Positions 54,481-64,000 of a DNA stretch of 64,000 nt are shown piece after piece. This DNA comes from an uncultured Verrucomicrobiae bacterium (GTDB taxonomy: Bacteria > Verrucomicrobiota > Verrucomicrobiia > Chthoniobacterales > JAFAMB01), in contig CAWEXO010000014.1 of NCBI GenBank assembly GCA_963813025.1, forward strand, positions 160,001 to 224,000, given 5' to 3'. The position numbers and the translations under genes are program-made. Within the stretch, counting starts at the first letter, position 1. Each line of letters begins with the position of its first letter. The notes beneath the pieces were generated by a model. That model did no database searches. It saw only the letters and a list, made by a program, of their open reading frames with translations, and had not been told where the DNA came from.

Positions 54481-55231
54481 AACACCTTCGGCGTTTTTGC
54501 CTGATTTTTGCGGGATGCCACGGATTAATCACGAGATGCGGACCGTCGGCCCGGCGCAGAACAGTCCGTCGGCTGCTTCCGATGGCGTATTCGCTCAATG
54601 CGAAAGCGCCATGCGGAGTTTCCACTTGGACATCGATTGGCGTCTCTGGACTGGCCTCGCGCAGCAGCCAAAGTAGTTCCCGACAGGTTTGTCGTGACTG
54701 CGCAGAGGGCATTTGAACAAGCAGGTCGAGGTCGCTGTCCAGCGTGGTCACCCGACAATGCGTCGTCAGCTCAAAACCCACCGCTCCGATCGGACCCCAG
54801 CAAAATCCAGACTCATCGAGCGAATTGGCCACGGATTTCAACGCGCGAAAGGCTGGTATGCGCCTCTTCTGCTCGATCGCGGACCACGCTTCTCGCCTCC
54901 GGACCAGATCCTCAGGTGTAACCTGTTCGCTTATCTCGTCTCGTGATACTTCGCCGGCCCAACGCTGTGATCGCCTGTTTCCACGAACTCCAACCGGTAA
55001 AGTATAGTGGTTATTGCGTTGCCGGCGGACGACCACCCAGTCCGCGATCTGCAACGCCTCCTCGACCCACAACGGACCGGCTGAGCCAAGCTCGATCGCT
55101 GCCAACGGTTTCAGGCGGAGCAGGTCGTGCGGCCGGAAGAGGCGCTCCGCCGATTTTCCCGGGCCCGCCGCAGCTTGGAAAGCTGCGCTTACATTGAGCG
55201 TTGAGTTGGACGAGAGGCTAGAGGGTTTCAC
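54461..55231 (-). CDS. mdcG: Malonate decarboxylase holo-ACP synthase
   Basis: RPHDLL, VVVRR, VGVRG..R.QR, WGP.G.VGFEL, SDLDL and D.QVETP.G.FAL.E motifs. Confidence 0.9.
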   Translation of the reverse strand: MKPSSLSSNSTLNVSAAFQAAAGPGKSAERLFRPHDLLRLKPLAAIELGSAGPLWVEEALQIADWVVVRRQRNNHYTLPVGVRGNRRSQRWAGEVSRDEISEQVTPEDLVRRREAWSAIEQKRRIPAFRALKSVANSLDESGFCWGPIGAVGFELTTHCRVTTLDSDLDLLVQMPSAQSRQTCRELLWLLREASPETPIDVQVETPHGAFALSEYAIGSSRRTVLRRADGPHLVINPWHPAKIRQKRRRCFETDES

Positions 55232-55315
55232 AACGGCTGCTTGCGACGTGTCGTCGGATCGAGGATCTAGAATCCAGAATATGGACTTCGGCGCATGGGG
55301 TTTTGATCCTTCCTC

Positions 55316-56953
55316 CTAGCTCCCAGCATCATCGAGAGCAGCCCGCCATTGGGCGGTAAGCTCGTCTCGCACCAGAAGCGAGGCAAGGCGCCGTTGGTCC
55401 CGGTCTCTCGCTGGGGCAGCAAGGTATGAGCGGACATCCGGTCCGCCGGCGCGCGCTTCCAGGATCGCGGCCGCCAAGGCTTGTTTGATACGGTCCACGT
55501 CTGCCGTGGTTGGACGAGCGGCGTTCTCTACTTGTATAAGTTTGTCTACTAATCCCAGAGCAGCACATGCCTTGATATCGTACGACATGGGCAGAACCTG
55601 TTGACCGAGTAGCTCAAGCTCTGTCACGCGCCGTTTGGTTACTCGCGCCGCTGATTCTTTTCCCATCGCCTGAATAGTTACTTGAGCGTCGGCGAGCGCC
55701 AAAATTCGATTGGCTTGATAGCCGTGGGCGAGGTAACCGCCGGAAAATGCTTTTCCGACAACCAAAGTGATCACCGGATGCCCGGCAATGCGGGCAGCGG
55801 CATAAGCGTCGACTGCGCCGGCGCACGCGAGAAACAGTCCCAAAGCTTCTTCCAGGCTGCCGTATGCCTGGCTGGGTATGTCAACCAAGGCGATGATGGG
55901 CCGTGGATCGGGTGATTCGAGAGCCATCACCTCACGAACGATCCCAGCCAGGTTCCACGCCTCCTCGAGTCCGATCTCACCATTTCGCGCTCGCGGAAAA
56001 CGGCCATGCGGATCAGGGACAACCGCCAGGAGATGCGCAGGTTCCTCATTGAGCGCGACTTCAATCGAGAGCAATGAAGAGTCTCGCGATCCGATATTTT
56101 CGCCGGTTAAAGCCGAGAACCAGATCGCGCCGCGGCTCTGCTCTGTTACTCCCTCGACAGCAGCCTCGGACAGCGGCTCCGGGCCAGCAAGAGCAAGGTG
56201 ACCTCGAAAATGCTCGAGATCTTCGCTTCGGTGCAGTCGCCGCGGGCCACCGGCAAAAATGGTGGCCAGCACAGACCGGAGCTCGGCTACATCATCCCCG
56301 ATCAGCTCGTCGATCAAACCGGCGGCAAAACGAGCTTGACCGCCGAAAACCGACCAGATCAAAGCCCGATCCGCTGAGTCCATTTCGGCAATGCCGGCTT
56401 CCTGCTCGATAACTTCCGGTCCATTCAATCCCAGTCGGCCGGCGCGCGTCATGATGACATAACTGCAGAGACCGGCGGTAATCGCCATTCCTCCAAAACA
56501 GCCTACCAATCCTGCAATAACGGCAGTGACCGGCACGTAGCGACGAAGCTCAACCAGGACTCCTTGGATTTCGGCAATTACGCCCAAGCCAAGATTTCCC
56601 TCCTGAAGGCGCACTCCGCCTGATTCAAGGAAAAGCACCGTCTGCAGTCGCCGACCGGAGCGATTCTCCTGAAGAGCCAAGGTGAGCCCGGTACGGATTT
56701 TTGCGCCGGAGACCTCTCCGATGCTGCCGCCCTGAAAGCGGCCTTCCACGGCAATAACCAAGGTGTGCTCGCCGCGAAACTGGCCAAGCGCGACGACGAC
56801 ACCGTCGTCTGACTGGGGCACGATTCCTTGCGGAGCTAACCATGGTGATTCCAGACGATCGAATGGGCCGAGCATTTCCCGGTATGTTCCTTCCTCGAGC
56901 ACGGTGTGAACGCGTTCCCGGGCCGTCAGCTCAATGATCGACTCTCGGCGCAT
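55316..56953 (-). CDS. mdcD: Fused malonate decarboxylase beta/gamma subunits (MdcD-MdcE)
   Basis: N-half has ARER, QSDDG, GEVSGAK, GGVRLQE and GLNGPEVIEQE. C-half has FPRAR.GE.GL, D.PSQAYG..EE, SG.YLAHG.QA and MGK.SAARVT. Confidence 0.9.
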   Translation of the reverse strand: MRRESIIELTARERVHTVLEEGTYREMLGPFDRLESPWLAPQGIVPQSDDGVVVALGQFRGEHTLVIAVEGRFQGGSIGEVSGAKIRTGLTLALQENRSGRRLQTVLFLESGGVRLQEGNLGLGVIAEIQGVLVELRRYVPVTAVIAGLVGCFGGMAITAGLCSYVIMTRAGRLGLNGPEVIEQEAGIAEMDSADRALIWSVFGGQARFAAGLIDELIGDDVAELRSVLATIFAGGPRRLHRSEDLEHFRGHLALAGPEPLSEAAVEGVTEQSRGAIWFSALTGENIGSRDSSLLSIEVALNEEPAHLLAVVPDPHGRFPRARNGEIGLEEAWNLAGIVREVMALESPDPRPIIALVDIPSQAYGSLEEALGLFLACAGAVDAYAAARIAGHPVITLVVGKAFSGGYLAHGYQANRILALADAQVTIQAMGKESAARVTKRRVTELELLGQQVLPMSYDIKACAALGLVDKLIQVENAARPTTADVDRIKQALAAAILEARAGGPDVRSYLAAPARDRDQRRLASLLVRDELTAQWRAALDDAGS

Positions 56954-56974
56954 GGGAATTAAAACACAGCTCGA

Positions 56975-57271
56975 TTACTCCTTGGTGGATTCCAACGCTT
57001 GCTCCAGGCGCAGCATCACCATCCCGGGGGTCGCTCCGCTGTCATTAATCTCCACGTCCATTGCTCCTCCAAGATGCTGCTGGAACCGCTCGAGCACGGC
57101 TTGCCAGGTCGCGCCGAATCCTTCCACCGAGGTGCGAACCGTGATCTGAGCAACCGGCTTGGTCGGCGGCCGGATGAGCACCTCAAGATCTCCCGAACTC
57201 ACGACCCCGGAATGACCGTATCGGACAACGGGTTTACCGGAAACCGAGTATTCAAATTTTAGCGTTTCCAT
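56975..57271 (-). CDS. mdcC: Malonate decarboxylase acyl carrier protein
   Basis: GVV.SGDLEVL, TSV.GF...W and IND.GATP..V.LRL.QA motifs. Confidence 0.93.
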   Translation of the reverse strand: METLKFEYSVSGKPVVRYGHSGVVSSGDLEVLIRPPTKPVAQITVRTSVEGFGATWQAVLERFQQHLGGAMDVEINDSGATPGMVMLRLEQALESTKE

Positions 57272-57328
57272 TATCTGAAACTATTTGCCGTGAAGGAGTC
57301 GGAAAAATGCCGGTGTTAAGGTGTCAGT

Positions 57329-59050
57329 TTACCAGGCACGGAATTTTGTCGGAGGCTCGTAAAGGCCCCCAGACCAGTCCACCAGCTCTTCCACGCTCCG
57401 GGCGGCCAGCAGTGATCGCGTAGCGTCGACTCGGCGAATCTCAAGATCTTCGGGCAGTGCCACGACACCTCGCCGGCGCAACGCTTCAACCGCCTTCGGG
57501 GTAGCTCTGAGCCCAATCGGACTTACCCCGGCAACCGCCGCCAACGCAGCCCGGCGCTCCTTTTGATCGCCTGCTTTATAGAGATACGCGATTCCTTCCT
57601 CGGTTACTACGTGGGTGACGTCATCGCCGTAGATCATTACCGGAGCGATGGGCAGCCCAGTTTTCTTGCCGACTTCGACAGCATCCAGGGTTTCCACAAA
57701 CGAAGGCTCACCGCCTTTCATAAAGGTTTCGACTACTTGAACCACCAGCTTCCGGCCACGGTTGATCGGCTCGGTCCGACGCGCCAAGCTCAGCCAAGCA
57801 GCGCTGGAATGGCGTCGACCATGCGGATCGTGCCCCATGTTCGGAGCGCCCCCAAAGCCGGCCAGGCGGCCGAGCGTCACCGTCGAAGAATTGGCGTCGG
57901 GGTCCATCTGCAGGGTTGAGCCGATGAAAAGATCTACGCCGTATTGGCCGGCCAATTGGCAAAGCACCCGGTTGGAGCGCATGGTTCCATCGTTTCCGAC
58001 GAAAAAAATGTCCGGTCGTGCGGCAACATAGTCTTCCATGCCAACTTCGCTGCCGAAGCAATGCACGCTTTCGACCCAGCCCGATTCGATCGCCGGGATT
58101 AACGTGGGGTGCGGGTTGAGCGCCCAGTTGCGGCATATTTTGCCTTTGAGGCCAAGGGATTCGCCGTAGGTCGGCAGCAGAAGCTCGATCGCTGCCGTGT
58201 GATAACCGATTCCGTGGTTCAGGCTGACGACCTGGTGCCTTTCGTAAATGCCCCGAATAACGAGCATGCCGATGAGGATGTGGAGTTCGGTAATGTGCCG
58301 CGGGTCGCGCGTAAACAGCGGTTCAAGCGCGTAGGGCCGATCCGCCGCCACAACAAGGTCGATCCAGGAGCCGGGGATGTCGACTCGCGGCAGATCATCA
58401 TTCAGTTCGTTTACCTGTGCGATGACGATCCCATCGTGAAACGCTGCCGCCTCGACTATCGTCGGGGTATCCTCCGTGTTCGGTCCAGTGTATAAGTTCC
58501 CGGAGCGGTCGCCTCTTTCGGCGCAAACTAATGCAATCCGCGGACTCAGATCCACAAACATGCGCGCATAAAGCTCGATATAGGTGTGGATCGCACCGAG
58601 CTCGATTTTGCCATCTTCGAGCAGCTGCGCGATTCGGAGGCTTTGCGGACCGGCATACGCGAAATCGATCTTCTTGGCGATGCCCAGTTCAAAGAGATCG
58701 AGATGCTCGGGCCGGCTCACACTGGAGATCAAAAGGTGGAGGTTGTTGACTATTCCGGGATCGACCCGTGCGAGCGAGCGTGACAGAAAATCAGCTTGTT
58801 TCTGGTTGTTACCTTCCAGAGCTACTCGATCGCCGGGCCGCACCAGACGCTCGAGCGCTTCTTTGATCCGGTTGGAGTCGAGGATCTTGCCATCGAGCCA
58901 CGGGCGAACACCGGTCAGGCGTTCGGCCTTTTCCCGCCGGTGCATGTTCCAGACGATCGGTGATGACCGATCGCCGACGATCGATGATCGATCTGGAGTT
59001 AGCGGTCCCTGACCGGAATGAGTTGATTGTTCTTCGGAAAACTCCATCAA
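57329..59050 (-). CDS. mdcA: Malonate decarboxylase alpha subunit (start uncertain)
   Basis: LEGNNQKQADFL, IHTYIEL, TGPNTEDTP, GFGGAPNMG.DP.GRRH and YGDDVTH motifs; ends PP.KFR.W. Confidence 0.95.
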   Translation of the reverse strand: MMEFSEEQSTHSGQGPLTPDRSSIVGDRSSPIVWNMHRREKAERLTGVRPWLDGKILDSNRIKEALERLVRPGDRVALEGNNQKQADFLSRSLARVDPGIVNNLHLLISSVSRPEHLDLFELGIAKKIDFAYAGPQSLRIAQLLEDGKIELGAIHTYIELYARMFVDLSPRIALVCAERGDRSGNLYTGPNTEDTPTIVEAAAFHDGIVIAQVNELNDDLPRVDIPGSWIDLVVAADRPYALEPLFTRDPRHITELHILIGMLVIRGIYERHQVVSLNHGIGYHTAAIELLLPTYGESLGLKGKICRNWALNPHPTLIPAIESGWVESVHCFGSEVGMEDYVAARPDIFFVGNDGTMRSNRVLCQLAGQYGVDLFIGSTLQMDPDANSSTVTLGRLAGFGGAPNMGHDPHGRRHSSAAWLSLARRTEPINRGRKLVVQVVETFMKGGEPSFVETLDAVEVGKKTGLPIAPVMIYGDDVTHVVTEEGIAYLYKAGDQKERRAALAAVAGVSPIGLRATPKAVEALRRRGVVALPEDLEIRRVDATRSLLAARSVEELVDWSGGLYEPPTKFRAW

Positions 59051-59155
59051 ACTGGATCTCTATGATTATTTCTTTTCAAGCAACTCTCTCAAGACTCTCC
59101 ACAAACGGTTAAAATTACGTTAGTCTCAGATCTTGTGCTCTGCCCCTGAAAGCTC

Positions 59156-59986
59156 ATGATCGTGGCTCACTCGCCTTTTCAAAAAATGCTGGCCGTTGTG
59201 GTCATCAGCATACTTTCGCTCGCGCGGCCCGCTGGTGCCGAGGAAAATCCAGACTTCCGCAAAGTTGCCCTGGTCTTGCGCCAGCGCGCACTTCTGGAGG
59301 CGAGTCCGACGATCATCATGGCACCTGCTCAACCGCCGTTCGCTCCTGTACGCCCCGCGGTGGGAGGTCCATTTGACCGCTACCCCTGGAGACTGGGAAT
59401 TACCACCACGGTGTTCTGGGTGGGCGAGCAGGCGACTTCCAATAATCCGGTCGGCAACGAGCAAAGCGCCTGGGACCCTGCCTGGTTCTTCAATTATGGC
59501 GGGTACGATACTCCAAACCCGATTTTGCGAGGCAATTTTGTACCCATGAATTTTTTGCCGCGCCAGAATCCATTTTATATTGCGCTGCCTTACAACGACG
59601 TGGAGGAACACCGCACCAAAATCGAAGCTCCCCTGGTCGTGCCATGGTTCACGGAGGCCTTTGTGCGCGACGGCGAATCGGTTTGCAAAGGGCGCTGGCT
59701 CGCCATTCGCCACGGTAACAGAGTTTGCTACGCGCAATGGGAGGACGTCGGACCCTTCACGACGGATGATTGGCCATACGTTTTCGGGACGGAAGGCCCC
59801 CGACCGAATCGCAATCAGGACGCCGGACTGGACGTATCTCCAGCGGTGAGAGATTACCTGCGACTCAATGATCTGGACGTTTGCGACTGGAAATTCGTCG
59901 ATGCCCGCGCCGTTCCCCCGGGTCCCTGGACAGTGTATGGCAATCCGATGGTTCCTTTGGTGAACAAGGTAGCAAATCGCGGCTAG
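59156..59986 (+). CDS. Exported hypothetical protein with probable double-psi beta-barrel (RlpA/expansin-like) core
   Basis: Signal peptide; TTVFW.GE, YIALPYND, KGRWLAI, WEDVGP and GLDVSPAV..YL motifs. Confidence 0.6.
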   Translation: MIVAHSPFQKMLAVVVISILSLARPAGAEENPDFRKVALVLRQRALLEASPTIIMAPAQPPFAPVRPAVGGPFDRYPWRLGITTTVFWVGEQATSNNPVGNEQSAWDPAWFFNYGGYDTPNPILRGNFVPMNFLPRQNPFYIALPYNDVEEHRTKIEAPLVVPWFTEAFVRDGESVCKGRWLAIRHGNRVCYAQWEDVGPFTTDDWPYVFGTEGPRPNRNQDAGLDVSPAVRDYLRLNDLDVCDWKFVDARAVPPGPWTVYGNPMVPLVNKVANRG

Positions 59987-60010
59987 TGACGATCGGGGCT
60001 CTCGCAGCCT

Positions 60011-60050
60011 GTTGTGGAGTGCGCGCGACAAGTCGCACGCACTCCACAAC
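60011..60050. repeat. Strong hairpin between convergent genes (terminator-like or second REP class)
   Basis: GTTGTGGAGTGCGCGCGAC-AA-GTCGCACGCACTCCACAAC: 19 bp arms, one mismatch. Confidence 0.65.
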
Positions 60051-60092
60051 GCGCGCGTCCGAATTCGCTGAACTTTCCTGAACTCATCATCA

Positions 60093-60839
60093 TTATTCCT
60101 CAGAGATCGGCGAGACCGCTCGCTTTACGTCGACCCGCGAACACCGGCGTCGTGAAAACCACCAGACTCCGAGCAGATCGACCGCTGGACGCCAAAGGAA
60201 CACGCGGAGGTTGTATTTCGGGATACCGGACCGCCGGGGACGGTGGTTAACCGGGATTTCCCCGATCGAGAACCCAGCCGCTTTCGCCAGAGCAGGCATA
60301 AAAGAATAGAGGGTTCGGATCGGAATAAAGGCGTTCTGCACCTCGCGATGAAAGGCTTTCAGGCCGCAACCGGCATCGGCGACACCGTCATTGATGAGAA
60401 GACGGCGAACGGAGTTTCCGAGCCTGGAGATAAGTTTGCGCGTGACGCTATCGTGTCGATTCACTCGGCGACCGACGACCATATCGTACTGTCCAAGAAG
60501 ACGCAGAGCCCTTTCGATGTCGCGCGGGTCATTTTGGCCGTCGCCATCCAACAACACAATATTTTTTCCGAGGGCCAAACTCATGCCTGCAAGCAGGGCA
60601 CTCGCTTGTCCATGATTGTTTGATAGCTGGAGAACATGGGCGGACGGCCAGTTCGCGGTTTTCTTCCGCAGTTGCTCGGCGGTCGCATCCACGCTGCCAT
60701 CATCGATCAGGAGCACTTCATAGCTTTGCGCTTGAAGCTCCAGGACATCGCGCAGTTCTTGCAGGACGGGAGCGACGTTGTGCTCTTCATTAAAGAACGG
60801 AATAACGACGCTGAACTCCGGAGCCTGCATCGCTCGCAA
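60093..60839 (-). CDS. GT2 polyprenol-phosphate glycosyltransferase (ArnC/DPM1-like)
   Basis: SVVIP.FNE, DDGS.D, DGDGQNDP.DI, D.GCGLK and HRPR..G..KY motifs. Confidence 0.92.
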   Translation of the reverse strand: MRAMQAPEFSVVIPFFNEEHNVAPVLQELRDVLELQAQSYEVLLIDDGSVDATAEQLRKKTANWPSAHVLQLSNNHGQASALLAGMSLALGKNIVLLDGDGQNDPRDIERALRLLGQYDMVVGRRVNRHDSVTRKLISRLGNSVRRLLINDGVADAGCGLKAFHREVQNAFIPIRTLYSFMPALAKAAGFSIGEIPVNHRPRRSGIPKYNLRVFLWRPAVDLLGVWWFSRRRCSRVDVKRAVSPISEE

Positions 60840-60948
60840 ATCATTAGTAATTTGTGAGCGGTGCAGGCTGTAGCAGCAGACTTCCTCGGCTACACCGGGG
60901 AGGTCTGCTGCTTTTTTCGGAGAGAAGCCTCAGTTTGTTGGGAGTCAC

Positions 60949-62664
60949 TCACTTTAACGCAGAACGGCGTTCAAGCAGCAAGAATTCGTTCTGTTCATTG
61001 TCGACGACATCCGCCAGGGTTCGAAAATGGGTATTCTTCCAATCTGGGCCAAGAGCAGAGTAGTCAGCGTCTTTTGACAGAAGGATGTAGCGAGCATCCG
61101 GAGGGATCTCTGCGGCTGGCAGGAAATACCTTGCCCGGGGCTCTAAGTAATACCAGAACGGCCGGTACTCTTTGGCGTCTACCCAGAGTGTCGCGTCCCC
61201 CGGAAGCTTTGCGCGAATCAGACCGGCCACCTCGCGCGCGCCGTAGCTCAACGCATTCACTTTGGGAACGATGGCGCTCGCATAGACGAGCATCGCGACT
61301 ACGAAGAGGGTTGCGGTGGTGATGGCTTGTCTCAGGACGCGGACCGAATCACCAGAGTGCGCCCGACCGATGATCCAGCCGAGGCAACACAGGACAGCAG
61401 AAGCCACAAGGCCGGTCATACCCAGCCAATCCATTTTCACTACAAACGGCGCCGCGAGAATGACGGCTGCCGCAAGTACCAAAAAGGAAAGGTTGGTTAG
61501 CTTCCAGAGCAGCAGGCCTTTGCGGATCAACGGGTCGTCCGGCACCTGGTTCGAGGCGGTTGTCCCGATAAGGACCCCAGCTAACAAAAGGCAGGGAACA
61601 GGGAACAACGGATAGAGGTAGCGGGGCGAGCCGCTGGGCAAAAGCGCCATGAGCACACTTGTCACGACCATCCCGAGTCTCGCTCCACGAAACCAGGCCT
61701 CTCGGCGAGCAAAGGAAGGGACGTTTTCGACCGAAGTTGTTGGGCCGGCGAGATGCGTTCTCTGCCAAAGAAGAGGTAACAGCAGGGTCCAAGGGAGGAA
61801 ATTCTTGAGCGTTTCAGGGAAATTCAGCAGCCATGACTGCAGGTGAAAGTGCTGCGCTTCGGGCCCGGAAGCCCGTGAAGCGAGCTCATGAACCCAGAAC
61901 TGCCAAACTCCGATCGGATCCTGTTGGTTTACCGCCAGGGAGCAAGGAATCGCCCAGGCGGCAAAGAGGCCAACAACTAACGCGAGCGTGCACCAGTGAG
62001 CAGGGTGAAATAAGGGGCGCAGATCCTTGGCAAACACTAGGCTCGGAATGATCACACCGTAAAAAAAGACGAGGTGGGTCGGTCCTTTGGTGAGCATCGC
62101 CAGGGAAAGAAAGATTGCCGGCAAAGGCCAAAGTCGCCAGCCACTCTGACCGCGTATCCAGGCCGATACCCAGCAAAGAAGACCAATCCCGGCAAAAGCG
62201 ACATAAACGGCTTCCAGTTCAGCCAGGCGGCCAGTTTCCAGAACCGCCAGGTTCGTCAGAAACAGAATAGCGGCAAGCAAACCTCCTTGCGGCCCCAGCC
62301 AATCGCCACCAATGCGGACCAGCGATAGCGCCAGAGCCAGGGTGGCGAGCGCCGAAGGCAATCGGACCGCCCATTCTGATCGGGAATGCGTCGCTCGAAA
62401 GCTGAGCGCAATAAGCCATTGCAGCAGCGGCGGTTTCCGTAAATAAGGAGCGTCACCGACCCGAGGCACCAACCAGTCGCCGGAACTCAACATGTGCAAC
62501 GCTGGCAAGGCGCGGCGCGGTTCTTCATGTTTGAGTTCGACGGATCCGAGTCCAGGCAAATAGATTCCCGCCCAGATGAGACTCGTCAGACAGAGGACCT
62601 GCAGCCAGGTCGGACAAGACAGTGGTCGGCCAACATTTCGTTGGATTGACAAAGAAACCATCAA
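60949..62664 (-). CDS. ArnT/GT-C family membrane glycosyltransferase
   Basis: EEPR, SGDWLVP, Y..KPPL..W, RLPSA, LTKGP and RYL.P motifs. Confidence 0.88.
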   Translation of the reverse strand: MMVSLSIQRNVGRPLSCPTWLQVLCLTSLIWAGIYLPGLGSVELKHEEPRRALPALHMLSSGDWLVPRVGDAPYLRKPPLLQWLIALSFRATHSRSEWAVRLPSALATLALALSLVRIGGDWLGPQGGLLAAILFLTNLAVLETGRLAELEAVYVAFAGIGLLCWVSAWIRGQSGWRLWPLPAIFLSLAMLTKGPTHLVFFYGVIIPSLVFAKDLRPLFHPAHWCTLALVVGLFAAWAIPCSLAVNQQDPIGVWQFWVHELASRASGPEAQHFHLQSWLLNFPETLKNFLPWTLLLPLLWQRTHLAGPTTSVENVPSFARREAWFRGARLGMVVTSVLMALLPSGSPRYLYPLFPVPCLLLAGVLIGTTASNQVPDDPLIRKGLLLWKLTNLSFLVLAAAVILAAPFVVKMDWLGMTGLVASAVLCCLGWIIGRAHSGDSVRVLRQAITTATLFVVAMLVYASAIVPKVNALSYGAREVAGLIRAKLPGDATLWVDAKEYRPFWYYLEPRARYFLPAAEIPPDARYILLSKDADYSALGPDWKNTHFRTLADVVDNEQNEFLLLERRSALK

Positions 62665-62706
62665 AACGCTGCTTTCGAGAGACGGCCGGCCGTCCCGCTA
62701 CTTTGC

Positions 62707-64000
62707 TCACAGAGAGGTTTGCCAGCCCGAAGGCGGCGTTCGGCGACAAAGAAAGACGTAGAAACCCTTGATTGCGCGGCCACCTTCCGTAGTGACGATT
62801 TTACCGAGCATTGCGATATTGGGAAAATCCGCATTCAGGGAAGGTGGTATTCGACTGGAATCGGAAACGAATAGAGCGTTCTCGCTGAGGGCAGCTTGCT
62901 CGTAACTCGGCCAGAGTAAAATCTGATTGTACGGCGCGCTGGAGATGGGCATGAAAGTGGTTGGTTGCCCAGGTAAATAAAACGATAGCAGCGCGGCGGT
63001 CATGTATTTGTCGGCAATGATGACATGCGCGCCGGTCTTGGCCTCGAGTGAATCGATTTGGGCGGCAAGATCCTGCCAGCCACGCGCGCGATCCAACGGG
63101 TCTTTGCCCTGGGGCAAATGCAACCAGCGTGTTTGGTGGAGCGCCGCCGTTTCAATGAAGGCAACGGCGAATGCGGCCGCGCCCAGCCACTTGGCCCAGG
63201 TAAACCGGGCGGCGAGGTTATCCCATTTTGCTGCTAAAAGGATGAGACCGCTCACGTAAGCTGCTGCGGCCCAGTTCGCCTGGCTTGTGTGTTGGAAACT
63301 GAGGAGCAAATAGAACAAGAAGAGCGGAGCAAAAAGAGTTAACAGGTAGACAACTGCTGTTCGCTCGCCCTGCTTCGTTAAACCCGGCCAGCATGCGACC
63401 AAGATCAGCATGACGAAGAGGAGCGGCGAAACAACGCCCGCTTGGCCGCCCAGGAAAACCAGCGCGTTTGCCGGGTTGAAATGAGCACTCTGATCCAGCG
63501 CTCCACGGTGGAAAAGGAATCGGGCGGTCGGCCATTCATGGAGCCAATTCCAGTAGAGGACCGGTAGCAGGCAAAGTCCGGCAACTACAATCATTGTCCA
63601 AAAGGTGCGGTGAGCAAGATGTCGCCGGCTGGGAGGGTGCAAAACACAAAAGAGGGTGAAAGAGATCAGTTGGAAAGCGCCGGTGTACTTCGATAACATA
63701 CTGAGGCCGACCAAGGCTCCCGTAAGAGTCCAGAGCCCCAGTCGCGGACTATCTTTCGCCCGCCAGAAGGTGAGTGCCGCCAGCGTCCAGAAGAAGATAT
63801 AAGGCGTGTCGACCGTCATGAGAATCGCGCCCACCGCAAAAAGAGGAGTAACGCCAGCCAGCATCAATGCCCAGAGCGCTACCCGCCGGGAAAAGAGCCG
63901 GCGGGCTAACAAGTAAATGCCGACTCCGGTTGCGGTCGAAAGAAGGACGGCAAAAAACCGGATTCCGAAGACGGTCTGCCCGAAAAGGAAGGTGCCGCCG
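62707..64000 (-). CDS. GT39/PMT_2 (ArnT-like) membrane glycosyltransferase, 5' end outside window
   Basis: FGIRF near the window edge; T.D.P, LSKYT, P...WN and NW motifs; many TMs. Confidence 0.85.
   Translation of the reverse strand, partial: GGTFLFGQTVFGIRFFAVLLSTATGVGIYLLARRLFSRRVALWALMLAGVTPLFAVGAILMTVDTPYIFFWTLAALTFWRAKDSPRLGLWTLTGALVGLSMLSKYTGAFQLISFTLFCVLHPPSRRHLAHRTFWTMIVVAGLCLLPVLYWNWLHEWPTARFLFHRGALDQSAHFNPANALVFLGGQAGVVSPLLFVMLILVACWPGLTKQGERTAVVYLLTLFAPLFLFYLLLSFQHTSQANWAAAAYVSGLILLAAKWDNLAARFTWAKWLGAAAFAVAFIETAALHQTRWLHLPQGKDPLDRARGWQDLAAQIDSLEAKTGAHVIIADKYMTAALLSFYLPGQPTTFMPISSAPYNQILLWPSYEQAALSENALFVSDSSRIPPSLNADFPNIAMLGKIVTTEGGRAIKGFYVFLCRRTPPSGWQTSL

Overview
A GC-rich bacterial window; gene content and repeat style suggest a soil Verrucomicrobia-like organism, which is inference only. 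It holds mostly carbohydrate and organic-acid metabolism genes: two sugar ABC transporters, an apionate-lactonase-like/sugar-acid cluster, GH42 and GH2 beta-galactosidases, a malonate decarboxylase operon and msrPQ. It also has an uncharacterised DUF2760-Hsp70-Hsp70/DUF3731 operon, a KirBac channel, lipid-glycosylation genes and many gene remnants. The standout is a complete IS110-family (IS621-like) element at 4616-5938. It is inserted at a CT core in the terminal arm of a local GTAG-type REP/REPIN-like hairpin repeat, of which five copies occur in the window. Its non-coding left end reads as a bridge RNA, with guide segments matching both the repeat target (TCGCCCTACCGG) and the element's own circle junction (ACCGTATCTTGT). 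Circularisation would assemble a TTGACA-N17-TACCTT promoter. All family assignments come from motif recognition; no database searches were run.
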